Shown piece after piece: positions 10,657 to 18,439 of a stretch of 64,000 nt of DNA. How positions within the stretch are numbered: position 1 is the stretch's first letter; each line of letters opens with the position of its first letter. This DNA is from Cyanobacteriota bacterium (lineage in GTDB: Bacteria > Cyanobacteriota > Cyanobacteriia > Thermostichales > Thermostichaceae). The notes beneath the pieces were generated by a model. The model made no database searches, had not been told where the DNA came from, and worked only from the letters and a program-made list of their open reading frames with translations. Made by a program: the position numbers and the translations under genes. The stretch spans positions 132,205 to 196,204 of the forward strand of contig JANRIL010000042.1 of the NCBI GenBank assembly GCA_033764955.1, written 5' to 3'.

Positions 10657-11550
10657 TTGACTGCTTTGCATTTGCAATTGGACTGGAAGCCAGGTGCCCA
10701 GTTTGCGGGACTCCTATTTGCCCACTATTTGGGCTGGTACAGAGATGCTAACATCCACCTCGACATCCATCCTTGGCAACCGTTTCTCGATCCGGTATCT
10801 GCCCTGGAACGCTCTGGTAACTGGCTGGTGATCACCGAAGATAACCTGCTGTTGCGAGCTATCGATCGCGGGGATCCCTATCGAGCGATTGGCACGATGA
10901 TGCAGTATTCCGGTTTGGGCTGGATTGCCCTCAAGTCCTCTGGGATCCGCCAACTGTCCGATTTGAAGGGAAAACGGGTGGGCATTCATGGGGATGGGGA
11001 AGCGGGGCTAAAAATTTCGCTGGCGCAAGTTGGGCTGACGGCTGAGGATGTGGAGATTGTCGAAATCGGCTACGACTATCCTGAGTTGTTAGGAAGTGGT
11101 GACTATGATGCGGTACAAACCTTGGTCATGGTGGAGCCGCTGGAATTGGCAGAAGCAGGCTTTGATTTGCAGGTCATGCCCGCCTACGAGTGGGGTTACC
11201 AAGTCTATTCGGAGGTGATAGCAACCACTGACGATCTGATCGCCAGGGATCCCGAAACTCTGCGGCAATTTTTGCGGGTGACTTGGGCGGGTTGGCGAGC
11301 CGCCTTTACCCGTCCCCGTGAAGCCAGTCAGGCGGTGGTGGAACATTACCTCAACGAATCTACTCCTGATCTTCAGCAGGCTATCTTGATGGCGATTCAA
11401 CCGTTGGTGATCGGGGATGTGGGTCTGGAGCGGCTGGGATCCATGCACCCAGAACGTTGGGCCAAAAGTATTCAATACCTAACGGACAACCATCTCCTCA
11501 AGGGATCCCTGCGCCCGGAACAGGTGATGACCACGGCTTTGCTGGAGTAA
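10657..11550 (+). CDS. NMT1/THI5-like substrate-binding-fold protein lacking a signal peptide
   Basis: 'LQLDWKPGAQFAG...A..LGWY', 'DLKGKRVG'; TTG start preceded by AGAGAGGA. Confidence 0.8.
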   Translation: MTALHLQLDWKPGAQFAGLLFAHYLGWYRDANIHLDIHPWQPFLDPVSALERSGNWLVITEDNLLLRAIDRGDPYRAIGTMMQYSGLGWIALKSSGIRQLSDLKGKRVGIHGDGEAGLKISLAQVGLTAEDVEIVEIGYDYPELLGSGDYDAVQTLVMVEPLELAEAGFDLQVMPAYEWGYQVYSEVIATTDDLIARDPETLRQFLRVTWAGWRAAFTRPREASQAVVEHYLNESTPDLQQAILMAIQPLVIGDVGLERLGSMHPERWAKSIQYLTDNHLLKGSLRPEQVMTTALLE

Positions 11551-11638
11551 ACTGGCTCCCTTGTCCCCACGTTCACCCTATTTTTCACGATTTACCCGTC
11601 ACTATTTTCACTATTCACGATTCTGAGGAGACCTAACG

Positions 11639-12487
11639 ATGCTGAGACGAAAAGCGGCCTTGACCCTGGGGGGATCCCTACTCGCCTTGACTCTGGCTCT
11701 GTTGGGGGGAGGGATCCCTGGCTCTGCCCAAACCGACAACAGCCTGCAAAAGGTCATGGATGCGGGCAAATTCACCTACGGGTTAGAAGCCCAATATCGC
11801 CCTTTTGAGTTTCGGGATGAAAACAACCAGATTGTTGGTTATGACATCGATCTGGCCAACGAAATCGCCAAACGCTGGGGGGTGAAAGCTGAACCTGTGG
11901 ATACCGACTGGGCAACGGTCATTCAAACCCTTTACAACGGCGGATTTGATTTAATTTTGGGCGGGATGACTGCCACGGAGGCTCGCTACGAACGGGTAAA
12001 TTTCTCTATCCCCTACATGGATGCCAGTTCCGGTTTGCTGATCAAAGCGGATTCTGGTATTCAGGATCGCCAAGATTTAGGCGGTAAGGTGGTGGCGGCG
12101 GGTGCTGGCACGCCTTCGGTGCAACAGCTTGAGATTACTGCCAAGGAGCTAGGGATCCAATACAACGGCGAGATTCGCACCTTTGACAACGATGCCATTG
12201 CCTATGAAGCCATGAAGGCAGGGCGGATTGATGCCTATGCCAGCTCGCTGGTCAGCTTGAATGACTTTGCCCAACAGAATGAGGGTTTTGCGGTCATTCC
12301 TTTCAAATCAGAGCAATGGGCTGCCGAATATACAACCGCCGCTTTTCGTAAGGAAGATGAGGCGTTGCGGCAAAAATTTAACGAAACTCTGTTGGCACTC
12401 AAAGCTGATGGCACTCTTGATGCCCTACAGGAAAAGTGGTTCGGGCGGACGTTTGGCTCCCTTCCCGAAGCACCTCCTACCTGGTAG
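11639..12487 (+). CDS. Polar amino acid ABC transporter substrate-binding protein (family 3)
   Basis: Signal peptide; 'YRPFEF...IVGYDIDLA', 'GMTATEAR', 'NFSIPY', 'ADGTLDALQEKWFG'. Confidence 0.92.
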   Translation: MLRRKAALTLGGSLLALTLALLGGGIPGSAQTDNSLQKVMDAGKFTYGLEAQYRPFEFRDENNQIVGYDIDLANEIAKRWGVKAEPVDTDWATVIQTLYNGGFDLILGGMTATEARYERVNFSIPYMDASSGLLIKADSGIQDRQDLGGKVVAAGAGTPSVQQLEITAKELGIQYNGEIRTFDNDAIAYEAMKAGRIDAYASSLVSLNDFAQQNEGFAVIPFKSEQWAAEYTTAAFRKEDEALRQKFNETLLALKADGTLDALQEKWFGRTFGSLPEAPPTW

Positions 12488-12570
12488 AACAGAGGTTTTG
12501 AACGGCAAGGTTTCCCAGGTGAGGGCTGGGGGATCCCCTAACCCTGAAGTCGCGTTTGCAGGAGGTCAGG

Positions 12571-13275
12571 ATGGATTTTCCCTTTATGGTGCAGACATTA
12601 CCCCGCCTGGTTGCCCCGTTGGGCCTAACGATTGGCGTTAGCTTGGTGTCGCTGCTCCTGGCTACTATCTTGGGAGTCGTCTTGGGTCTGCTGCGGGTCA
12701 TCTGTCCGGTCAACAATCCCCTGGGTTGGCTGATCGATGGCTATGTGGAATTGGTGCGGGGAACCCCGATTATCATCCAGATCTATGCCGTACATTTTTT
12801 ACTTCCCCCCCTGCTGGGCAGCAAATTACCCCTCTTTTGGGAAGGGGTTTGTGCCCTCACCCTCAACTCTGTCGGCTATCAGATCGAGATTGTGCGGGCA
12901 GCGGTGCAATCCATTCCGCAGGGACAGTGGGAGGCGGCGCGATCCATTGGTATGACCAACAGAATCATCCTTTGCCGCATCTTACTACCCCAGGCAGCTC
13001 GCCAGATGATTCCCCCCTTGACCAATGAGCTATCTAATCTGGTCAAAGCCTCTTCGGTGCTGTCTGTAGTGGCTCTGTTTGAGTTACATAAAGCAGGCAG
13101 TAGTATTGCCTCCTCCAGCTTTAAGTTTGTGGAAATGCTGGCTCTCCAAGCTATTCTTTATTTTGCCCTGATCCAAACCCTCAGTTGGGGAACTGGCTAT
13201 TTGGAGCACCATGTATTTCGGTATGGGCGCAAACCTTCCTCCTTTGGCACAGAAGCATGGGGGATTCGAGCATAA
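12571..13275 (+). CDS. Amino acid ABC transporter permease (HisM/GlnP family)
   Basis: 'YVELVRGTP', EAA loop 'GQWEAARSIGM', 'LPQA...IPPLTNE'; GGAGG before ATG 12571. Confidence 0.92.
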   Translation: MDFPFMVQTLPRLVAPLGLTIGVSLVSLLLATILGVVLGLLRVICPVNNPLGWLIDGYVELVRGTPIIIQIYAVHFLLPPLLGSKLPLFWEGVCALTLNSVGYQIEIVRAAVQSIPQGQWEAARSIGMTNRIILCRILLPQAARQMIPPLTNELSNLVKASSVLSVVALFELHKAGSSIASSSFKFVEMLALQAILYFALIQTLSWGTGYLEHHVFRYGRKPSSFGTEAWGIRA

Positions 13276-13338
13276 TGTTCAGCCTAAGATAGCGGGTTCA
13301 TCGCCTGATAAGCATGGCGGGTCGCCAGGGAGAGCGGA

Positions 13339-14175
13339 ATGGTTGCGAATAAAAATAGGGAACAAGATCCACCAGCACAAAAGCCATCCCCAGAGCCAGG
13401 GCTCCCTTGGCTGCGAATCGAGCATCTCCACAAATTTTATGGGTCACTAGCGGCGGTGATCGATGTCAACTTGCAGGTGAATCGCGGTCAGCAAGTGGTG
13501 ATCGTGGGGGCTTCCGGTTCCGGCAAAAGTACGCTGCTACGCTGCATCAACTATTTGGAAACCCCCAGCCGGGGTCAAATTTGGTTGGATGGGGATCCCA
13601 TCGGCCAGCATCCCATTCAGACAGCTAGCGGTATGGTTTGGCAGGCGGATACCCCCAATCAACTGGCTCGCAAACGGCGGCAGATCGGTATGGTTTTTCA
13701 GGGATTTAATCTGTTTGCTCACCTGAATGCCCTCGACAACATTGCCATTGGTCCCCACCGCGTTTTGGGTCGCCCCCAAGCGCAATGTCGAGAACAGGCC
13801 AGAGCGCTATTGGCAAAAGTACATCTGGATCGCCATGCCGATCACTATCCTTCGCAACTGTCGGGGGGAGAACAGCAACGGGTGGCGATTGCCCGCGCCC
13901 TGGCGATGGATCCCAAGCTGATCCTGTTTGATGAACCCACCTCCGCCCTGGATCCCCGCCTTACCCACGAAGTCTTGCAGGTGATGCAGGAGTTGGCGGA
14001 AGAAGGGCTGACGATGGTGGTGGTGACCCACGAGATTCATTTTGCCCGCCGCTTTGCCGATTGGGTGGTCTATATGGAGCAGGGGCAGATTGTCGAAACT
14101 GGGGCGGCGGGGGATGTTTTGAATCGACCGCAACAGGCGCAAACCCAGCGATTTCTTAGTTATGTCATGGGTTAG
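13339..14175 (+). CDS. Amino acid ABC transporter ATP-binding protein (GlnQ family)
   Basis: Walker A 'GASGSGKST', '[15 protein letters not shown]', '[11 protein letters not shown]'. Confidence 0.95.
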   Translation: MVANKNREQDPPAQKPSPEPGLPWLRIEHLHKFYGSLAAVIDVNLQVNRGQQVVIVGASGSGKSTLLRCINYLETPSRGQIWLDGDPIGQHPIQTASGMVWQADTPNQLARKRRQIGMVFQGFNLFAHLNALDNIAIGPHRVLGRPQAQCREQARALLAKVHLDRHADHYPSQLSGGEQQRVAIARALAMDPKLILFDEPTSALDPRLTHEVLQVMQELAEEGLTMVVVTHEIHFARRFADWVVYMEQGQIVETGAAGDVLNRPQQAQTQRFLSYVMG

Positions 14176-14869
14176 GGGAATGGGTATGGAGGGAGGCAGC
14201 CCAGCTATTCTTTTTGCCCTCGATCTGGCCTTCATGCAGGAGCAACTTCCCACCCTGCTGCGGGCTGCTCTAGTTACGGTGCAACTGAGTGGTCTCGCGG
14301 TTTTGTTAGGAATTGTCGTGGGGCTACTCTTGGGTAGCTGGCGGGTGATCGGGCCAGCCTGGTTGCAGACCTTGATTCAGTGGTTTGTCAATGTTGTGCG
14401 GGGGGTGCCTCCTCTTGTGCATATTGCTATTATCTACTTTGCTCTGCCTCGCCTGGGGTTAGTCTTGAATGAGTTTTGGACAGGAGTGGCCGCCTTAACC
14501 ATCATCGCAGCGGGTTACGAAGTGGAAATTGTGCGGGCGGCGTTGCAGTCGGTGGAAGAGGGGCAAACGGAGGCGGCCTTCGCCGTCGGCATGGATCGAG
14601 GGATGACCTTGCGTTGGATCTTGCTGCCCCAGGCCCTCCAGCGGATGATTCCCCCCTTAACCAATGAGCTAGCGAATGTGATCAAGGCATCCTCTCTGCT
14701 CTCGGTAATCTCAGTGAAAGAACTGACCAAAGTGGGGAATGACCTGATCTTTGAGCATTTTGTCGTGGCGGAAGTGTTGATCCCCGTGGCTATTTTGTAT
14801 GTGCTGATTGTCAGTCTGCTTACCCACACCTCCCGCTGGCTAGAAGAGCGGTTAGGGATCCCTACCTAG
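14162..14869 (+). CDS. Amino acid ABC transporter permease
   Basis: 'VVRGVP', 'GQTEAAFAVGM', 'LPQALQRMIPPLTNE'. Confidence 0.92.
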   Translation: MSWVRGMGMEGGSPAILFALDLAFMQEQLPTLLRAALVTVQLSGLAVLLGIVVGLLLGSWRVIGPAWLQTLIQWFVNVVRGVPPLVHIAIIYFALPRLGLVLNEFWTGVAALTIIAAGYEVEIVRAALQSVEEGQTEAAFAVGMDRGMTLRWILLPQALQRMIPPLTNELANVIKASSLLSVISVKELTKVGNDLIFEHFVVAEVLIPVAILYVLIVSLLTHTSRWLEERLGIPT

Positions 14870-14946
14870 GTGATTCAGCAGTTCACCACCATGATTGAGA
14901 TTGAGGGCAACCGACATTTTGATAGACATTTTGATTAGGAAAACCG

Positions 14947-15906
14947 ATGAGTTTTGTGAATCAGCCCAACTCCACAGGTGTCCGTTCCTTGCCTATTCGC
15001 CAATGCCTAGGTCCGGCAGGTGAGACCTGTATAGTAGCCTTGGCTTGGCATGTGGATGGGGAGGCCGGGGTGATCGCGGCAGCCCCAGAAGCAGCTTGGC
15101 ACCTAACCGCTCTTTCGGAGGGATCCTACGGGGTTTCCACAGCTCTTCCCCGCATCTTGCAAATGCACCGTGATTTAGGGATCCCTGGGACTTTTTTTGT
15201 GCCGGGGTATGTGGCAGAGCTACATCCACAGGCCGTCGAAGCGATTGTAGCGGATGGCCATGAGGTCGCCCACCACGGTTATCGCCACGAAAACTGCTTT
15301 CCTCTGGATCTCAATGCCCAGCGAGAGATTTTCCAGAAAGGGACAGAGGCGCTCCGTCATCTGATCGGTCGGGATCCCTTGGGTTGGAGCGCGCCGTGTT
15401 GGGGAGTTAACCCCGATACCCTCAATCTGCTTTATGAACTGGGGTTTCGCTACGATTGCAGTTTGATGGAATATGACCGTCCCTATTGGTTGGCTATCCC
15501 CCAGGGGCATTTGTTGGAGTTGCCCATCAGTATGGTGCTGGATGATTGGGGGATTTTTGGGGGTAGTCCCTACTCCGGTACGGGAGTCAATGGGACAGCC
15601 GAGTCGGCTTATCAGATTTGGCGGGAAGAATTTGAAGGGATCCACCACTATGGGGGTTTTTTCTCCACCAGCTTTCACCCCAACTTGACGGGGCGACCGG
15701 GGCGCTTGCGGATGCTATACCGACTGATTGAATATATGCAATCTTTTGAGCGGGTCTGGTGGGCAACCTGCGGCGAAGTCGCTGAGTACATACAACACCA
15801 CTATCCTGTGGATCCCTCATCTAAAAACTGCGAGAGACTCCCGTCACAGCGCAGGTTGGCGGGAGAGGGAGCAAGTACAATAGATATCACATCATCTGCG
15901 CTATAA
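14947..15906 (+). CDS. Polysaccharide deacetylase family (PuuE-like) amidohydrolase, C-terminally extended by IS insertion
   Basis: 'GTFFVPG', 'GHEVAHHGYRHE', 'ELPISMVLDDW', 'FHP..TGRPGR'; the last 28 codons are read from IS sequence. Confidence 0.85.
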   Translation: MSFVNQPNSTGVRSLPIRQCLGPAGETCIVALAWHVDGEAGVIAAAPEAAWHLTALSEGSYGVSTALPRILQMHRDLGIPGTFFVPGYVAELHPQAVEAIVADGHEVAHHGYRHENCFPLDLNAQREIFQKGTEALRHLIGRDPLGWSAPCWGVNPDTLNLLYELGFRYDCSLMEYDRPYWLAIPQGHLLELPISMVLDDWGIFGGSPYSGTGVNGTAESAYQIWREEFEGIHHYGGFFSTSFHPNLTGRPGRLRMLYRLIEYMQSFERVWWATCGEVAEYIQHHYPVDPSSKNCERLPSQRRLAGEGASTIDITSSAL

Positions 15907-17203
15907 CGTGAAGCATGACTGAACGCGCTTACCGTTACCGTTTCTACCCCACTGCTGAGCAAGAAAACTTGCTGCGTAGGACATTGGGCTGTGTGCGGTT
16001 GGTGTTCAACAAAGCCTTGGCTCTTCAGACTGAGGCTTGGTATGAACGCCAAGAACGGATGGACTATGTTCCAACTTCGGCAACTCTGACCCAATGGAAA
16101 AAGCAAGAGGATTTGCAGTTTCTCCATGAGGTTAGTTGTGTGCCTTTGCAACAGGGTTTGCGTCACTTGCAAAAGGGCTTTGCCAACTTCTTTGACGGGC
16201 GCATCCGCTACCCGCGATTCAAGAGAAAGCACAACGGGGGCAGTGCAGAGTTCACCAAATCGGCCTTCAAATACCGTTCGCCGCAGCGGGACGGAGTCCT
16301 TGATGGTCAACTCTATCTGGCCAAGTGCGAGGATCCCCTGCCTGTTGTCTGGAGCCGTGCTTTGCCCGATGGGGTGGATCCCTCGACGGTGACCGTGAAG
16401 CTGGATCCTTCGGGGCGGTGGTTTGTGTCGCTGTTGGTGAATGATCCCACGGTGGAGGCATTGCCTGTTACCGATGGCGCGGTGGGTATTGATGCAGGAT
16501 TGACCAGTTTGGTCACGCTCAGCAGTGGAGAGAAAATCTCCAATCTGCGCCACTTTCACAAACATCGCCGCAAGCTCAAGCAGGTTCAGAAGTTCCTGAG
16601 CCGCAAGCAAAAAGGCTCCAAGAACCGAGACAAAGCGCGACACAAAGTGGCACGGCAACACGCCAAAATTGCCGATAGTCGCAAAGATTTCTTGCACAAG
16701 CTCAGTACCCGATTGGTGCGTGAAAACCAAACCATCGTCGTGGAAGACCTGGCTGTGCAGAACATGGTCAAGAATCACAAGCTGGCCAACTCCATCGCTG
16801 ATGCGGGGTGGGGAGAACTGGTGCGGATGCTGGGCTACAAATGCACTTGGTACGGGCGAACGTTGGTCAAGATTGACCGCTGGTTTCCCAGTTCCAAGCG
16901 TTGTGGACATTGTGGGTACATCGTTGCGTCTTTGCCCTTGGACATCCGAGAGTGGGAGTGTTCCCACTGTCAGACTGTGCATGACCGAGATATCAATGCT
17001 GCCCGCAATATATTGGCCGCTGGACAGGCGGTAACAGTCTGTGGAGCAAACGTAAGACCTGTAGACGGAACGTCGTGCGAAGCTAGGCATGAGTCTGGAG
17101 GGCAGTTGCGTAAAACCCGCAAGGGAAGGAAACAGAAACCTAAGTTGTGAGGCTTGGGAATCTCCCGCCACAGCTCGCAGCGTTTGGCGGGAGAGGATGT
17201 CAA
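15821..17203 (+). mobile_element. IS200/IS605-family tnpB-only (IS1341-type) element
   Basis: Left hairpin CTCCCGTCA..TGGCGGGAG (15838-15865); right hairpin TCTCCCGCCA..TGGCGGGAGA preceded by GAAT and followed by TCAA end (17200-17203); TCAT immediately 5' of the left end; removal restores a TAA stop codon. Confidence 0.9.
15915..17150 (+). CDS. tnpB: RNA-guided endonuclease TnpB
   Basis: 'YRYRFYPT' N-terminus, RuvC-I 'VGIDAG', RuvC-II 'IVVEDL', zinc finger 'CGHCG...CSHC', RuvC-III 'HDRDINAARNI'. Confidence 0.96.
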   Translation: MTERAYRYRFYPTAEQENLLRRTLGCVRLVFNKALALQTEAWYERQERMDYVPTSATLTQWKKQEDLQFLHEVSCVPLQQGLRHLQKGFANFFDGRIRYPRFKRKHNGGSAEFTKSAFKYRSPQRDGVLDGQLYLAKCEDPLPVVWSRALPDGVDPSTVTVKLDPSGRWFVSLLVNDPTVEALPVTDGAVGIDAGLTSLVTLSSGEKISNLRHFHKHRRKLKQVQKFLSRKQKGSKNRDKARHKVARQHAKIADSRKDFLHKLSTRLVRENQTIVVEDLAVQNMVKNHKLANSIADAGWGELVRMLGYKCTWYGRTLVKIDRWFPSSKRCGHCGYIVASLPLDIREWECSHCQTVHDRDINAARNILAAGQAVTVCGANVRPVDGTSCEARHESGGQLRKTRKGRKQKPKL

Positions 17204-17223
17204 AAATTGAGTATTGTAGTTTG
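17040..17223 (+). ncRNA. Predicted TnpB omega/reRNA scaffold plus flanking guide (5' boundary approximate)
   Basis: Established for IS200/IS605 TnpB: the RNA overlaps the tnpB 3' end and right-end hairpin, with the guide taken from sequence after TCAA (AAATTGAGTATTGTAG...). Confidence 0.6.
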
Positions 17224-17247
17224 CCTCTGAAATGGTCACCGCATCCT

Positions 17248-17919
17248 ATGCCGTTGCCTCCTCTCTCGGATTGTCCCGAAAGCTCGTTGGCGGAGCGAGT
17301 CTATACCTCTCTCAAGGAGGCGATTCTTTCCCTACAAGTTCGCCCTAGAGACTATTTGATCATTGGAGATGTGGCAAAAGAATACAGCATCAGTCGTACC
17401 CCTGTGCGGGAGGCGCTCATTCTGCTGGAGCAGGAGGGCTGGGTAGAGAATGAAGGGCGGCGGGGGGCGCGAGTGACGGTGCCGTCTGTGCAGAAGGTGA
17501 TGGAGGTGATTGAAATGCAGGCGGTTTTGGAGGGCTATGTTGCCCGTCGAGCCACTCTGATCTGTAGTGAAGCGGATCTGCAAGCCTGGGCCAACATTTT
17601 GGATCAAGCGGAACGGGCTTGGCGAGAGGGATCCCCACATCTGAGCAGCGACTTGGGGGATCAGTTCCACGAGGCGTTAGCCAATAAGGTAGGCAATCAA
17701 CGTATCGCCAGCCAGATTGTGCAACTGCGGGAGCATATGGATCGGGTGCGCCCCCTGATCTGGAAGGTGGCTAAAGCTCCTCTGGAAGAATCGGCTCGAC
17801 AGCATCGGCAGATCTGGCAAGCTATTGCGGATGGGGATCCCTTGAAAGCTGAGCAGTTGATGATGGCTCACACCCTCTGGTTTGAGTCGGAGTTGGCAGC
17901 GGCTCTTGAGCATGTGTGA
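17248..17919 (+). CDS. GntR-family (FCD domain) transcriptional regulator (start ATG 17248)
   Basis: wHTH 'ISRTPVREALILLEQEGWV'; FCD 'FHEALANKVGN', 'QHRQIWQAI..GD'. Confidence 0.92.
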   Translation: MPLPPLSDCPESSLAERVYTSLKEAILSLQVRPRDYLIIGDVAKEYSISRTPVREALILLEQEGWVENEGRRGARVTVPSVQKVMEVIEMQAVLEGYVARRATLICSEADLQAWANILDQAERAWREGSPHLSSDLGDQFHEALANKVGNQRIASQIVQLREHMDRVRPLIWKVAKAPLEESARQHRQIWQAIADGDPLKAEQLMMAHTLWFESELAAALEHV

Positions 17920-18439
17920 ACCGCAAAAAATACAATAATCTCCTATAGACAAGTCATTTAAGTAGGAGAGCACTCGCCATTGAAGCTTTTGTCAAATCAA
18001 TTGGGATTCTTATACTTATTACCAACTTAATTTATTAGCTTGTCTCAGCACTTATTTTTCGGGTAGCCCTATTCAAGTAATGGCTATGAAATACCAGAAT
18101 ATTCTACAGGGTTAGTTTATTGAGAATAGGCAAGCTAGAGTGAGGGCTGTGGGCTTTGCTCATTCTCAATAAGCATCTAGCTGAATTTATCAGCATTACC
18201 TATAGGTCACTACCAGTAAGCGAAGAAATTCTGACAATCACAGTCCATAACCCAGTTGGTAAGGGTATGCGGAATCGCTGAACACTATAGACCAATAGAA
18301 TCAGCCCCCTTGACTTGGGGATCCCCCTTCCCCCCAGGGATAGCATAAGCTGAGGGATCCAGTCTAAAAACTGTCACCTGTCAAGTTTCAAATCCACACA
18401 TCTATCACTACACTAAGGGTGTGATTTGGCTTGGTAACG

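Noticed and set aside
10657..11550. HMP-P synthase (THI5) function
   Set aside because: The PLP-binding Lys, substrate His and CCCxC motif are not visible.
15801..17171. 456-aa ORF antisense to tnpB
   Set aside because: Shadow frame of tnpB with no recognisable motifs; it also runs past the IS boundary.
17089..17247. Long N-terminal extension of GntR in the ORF track
   Set aside because: It is mostly IS right-end sequence; ATG 17248 gives a normal-length GntR.
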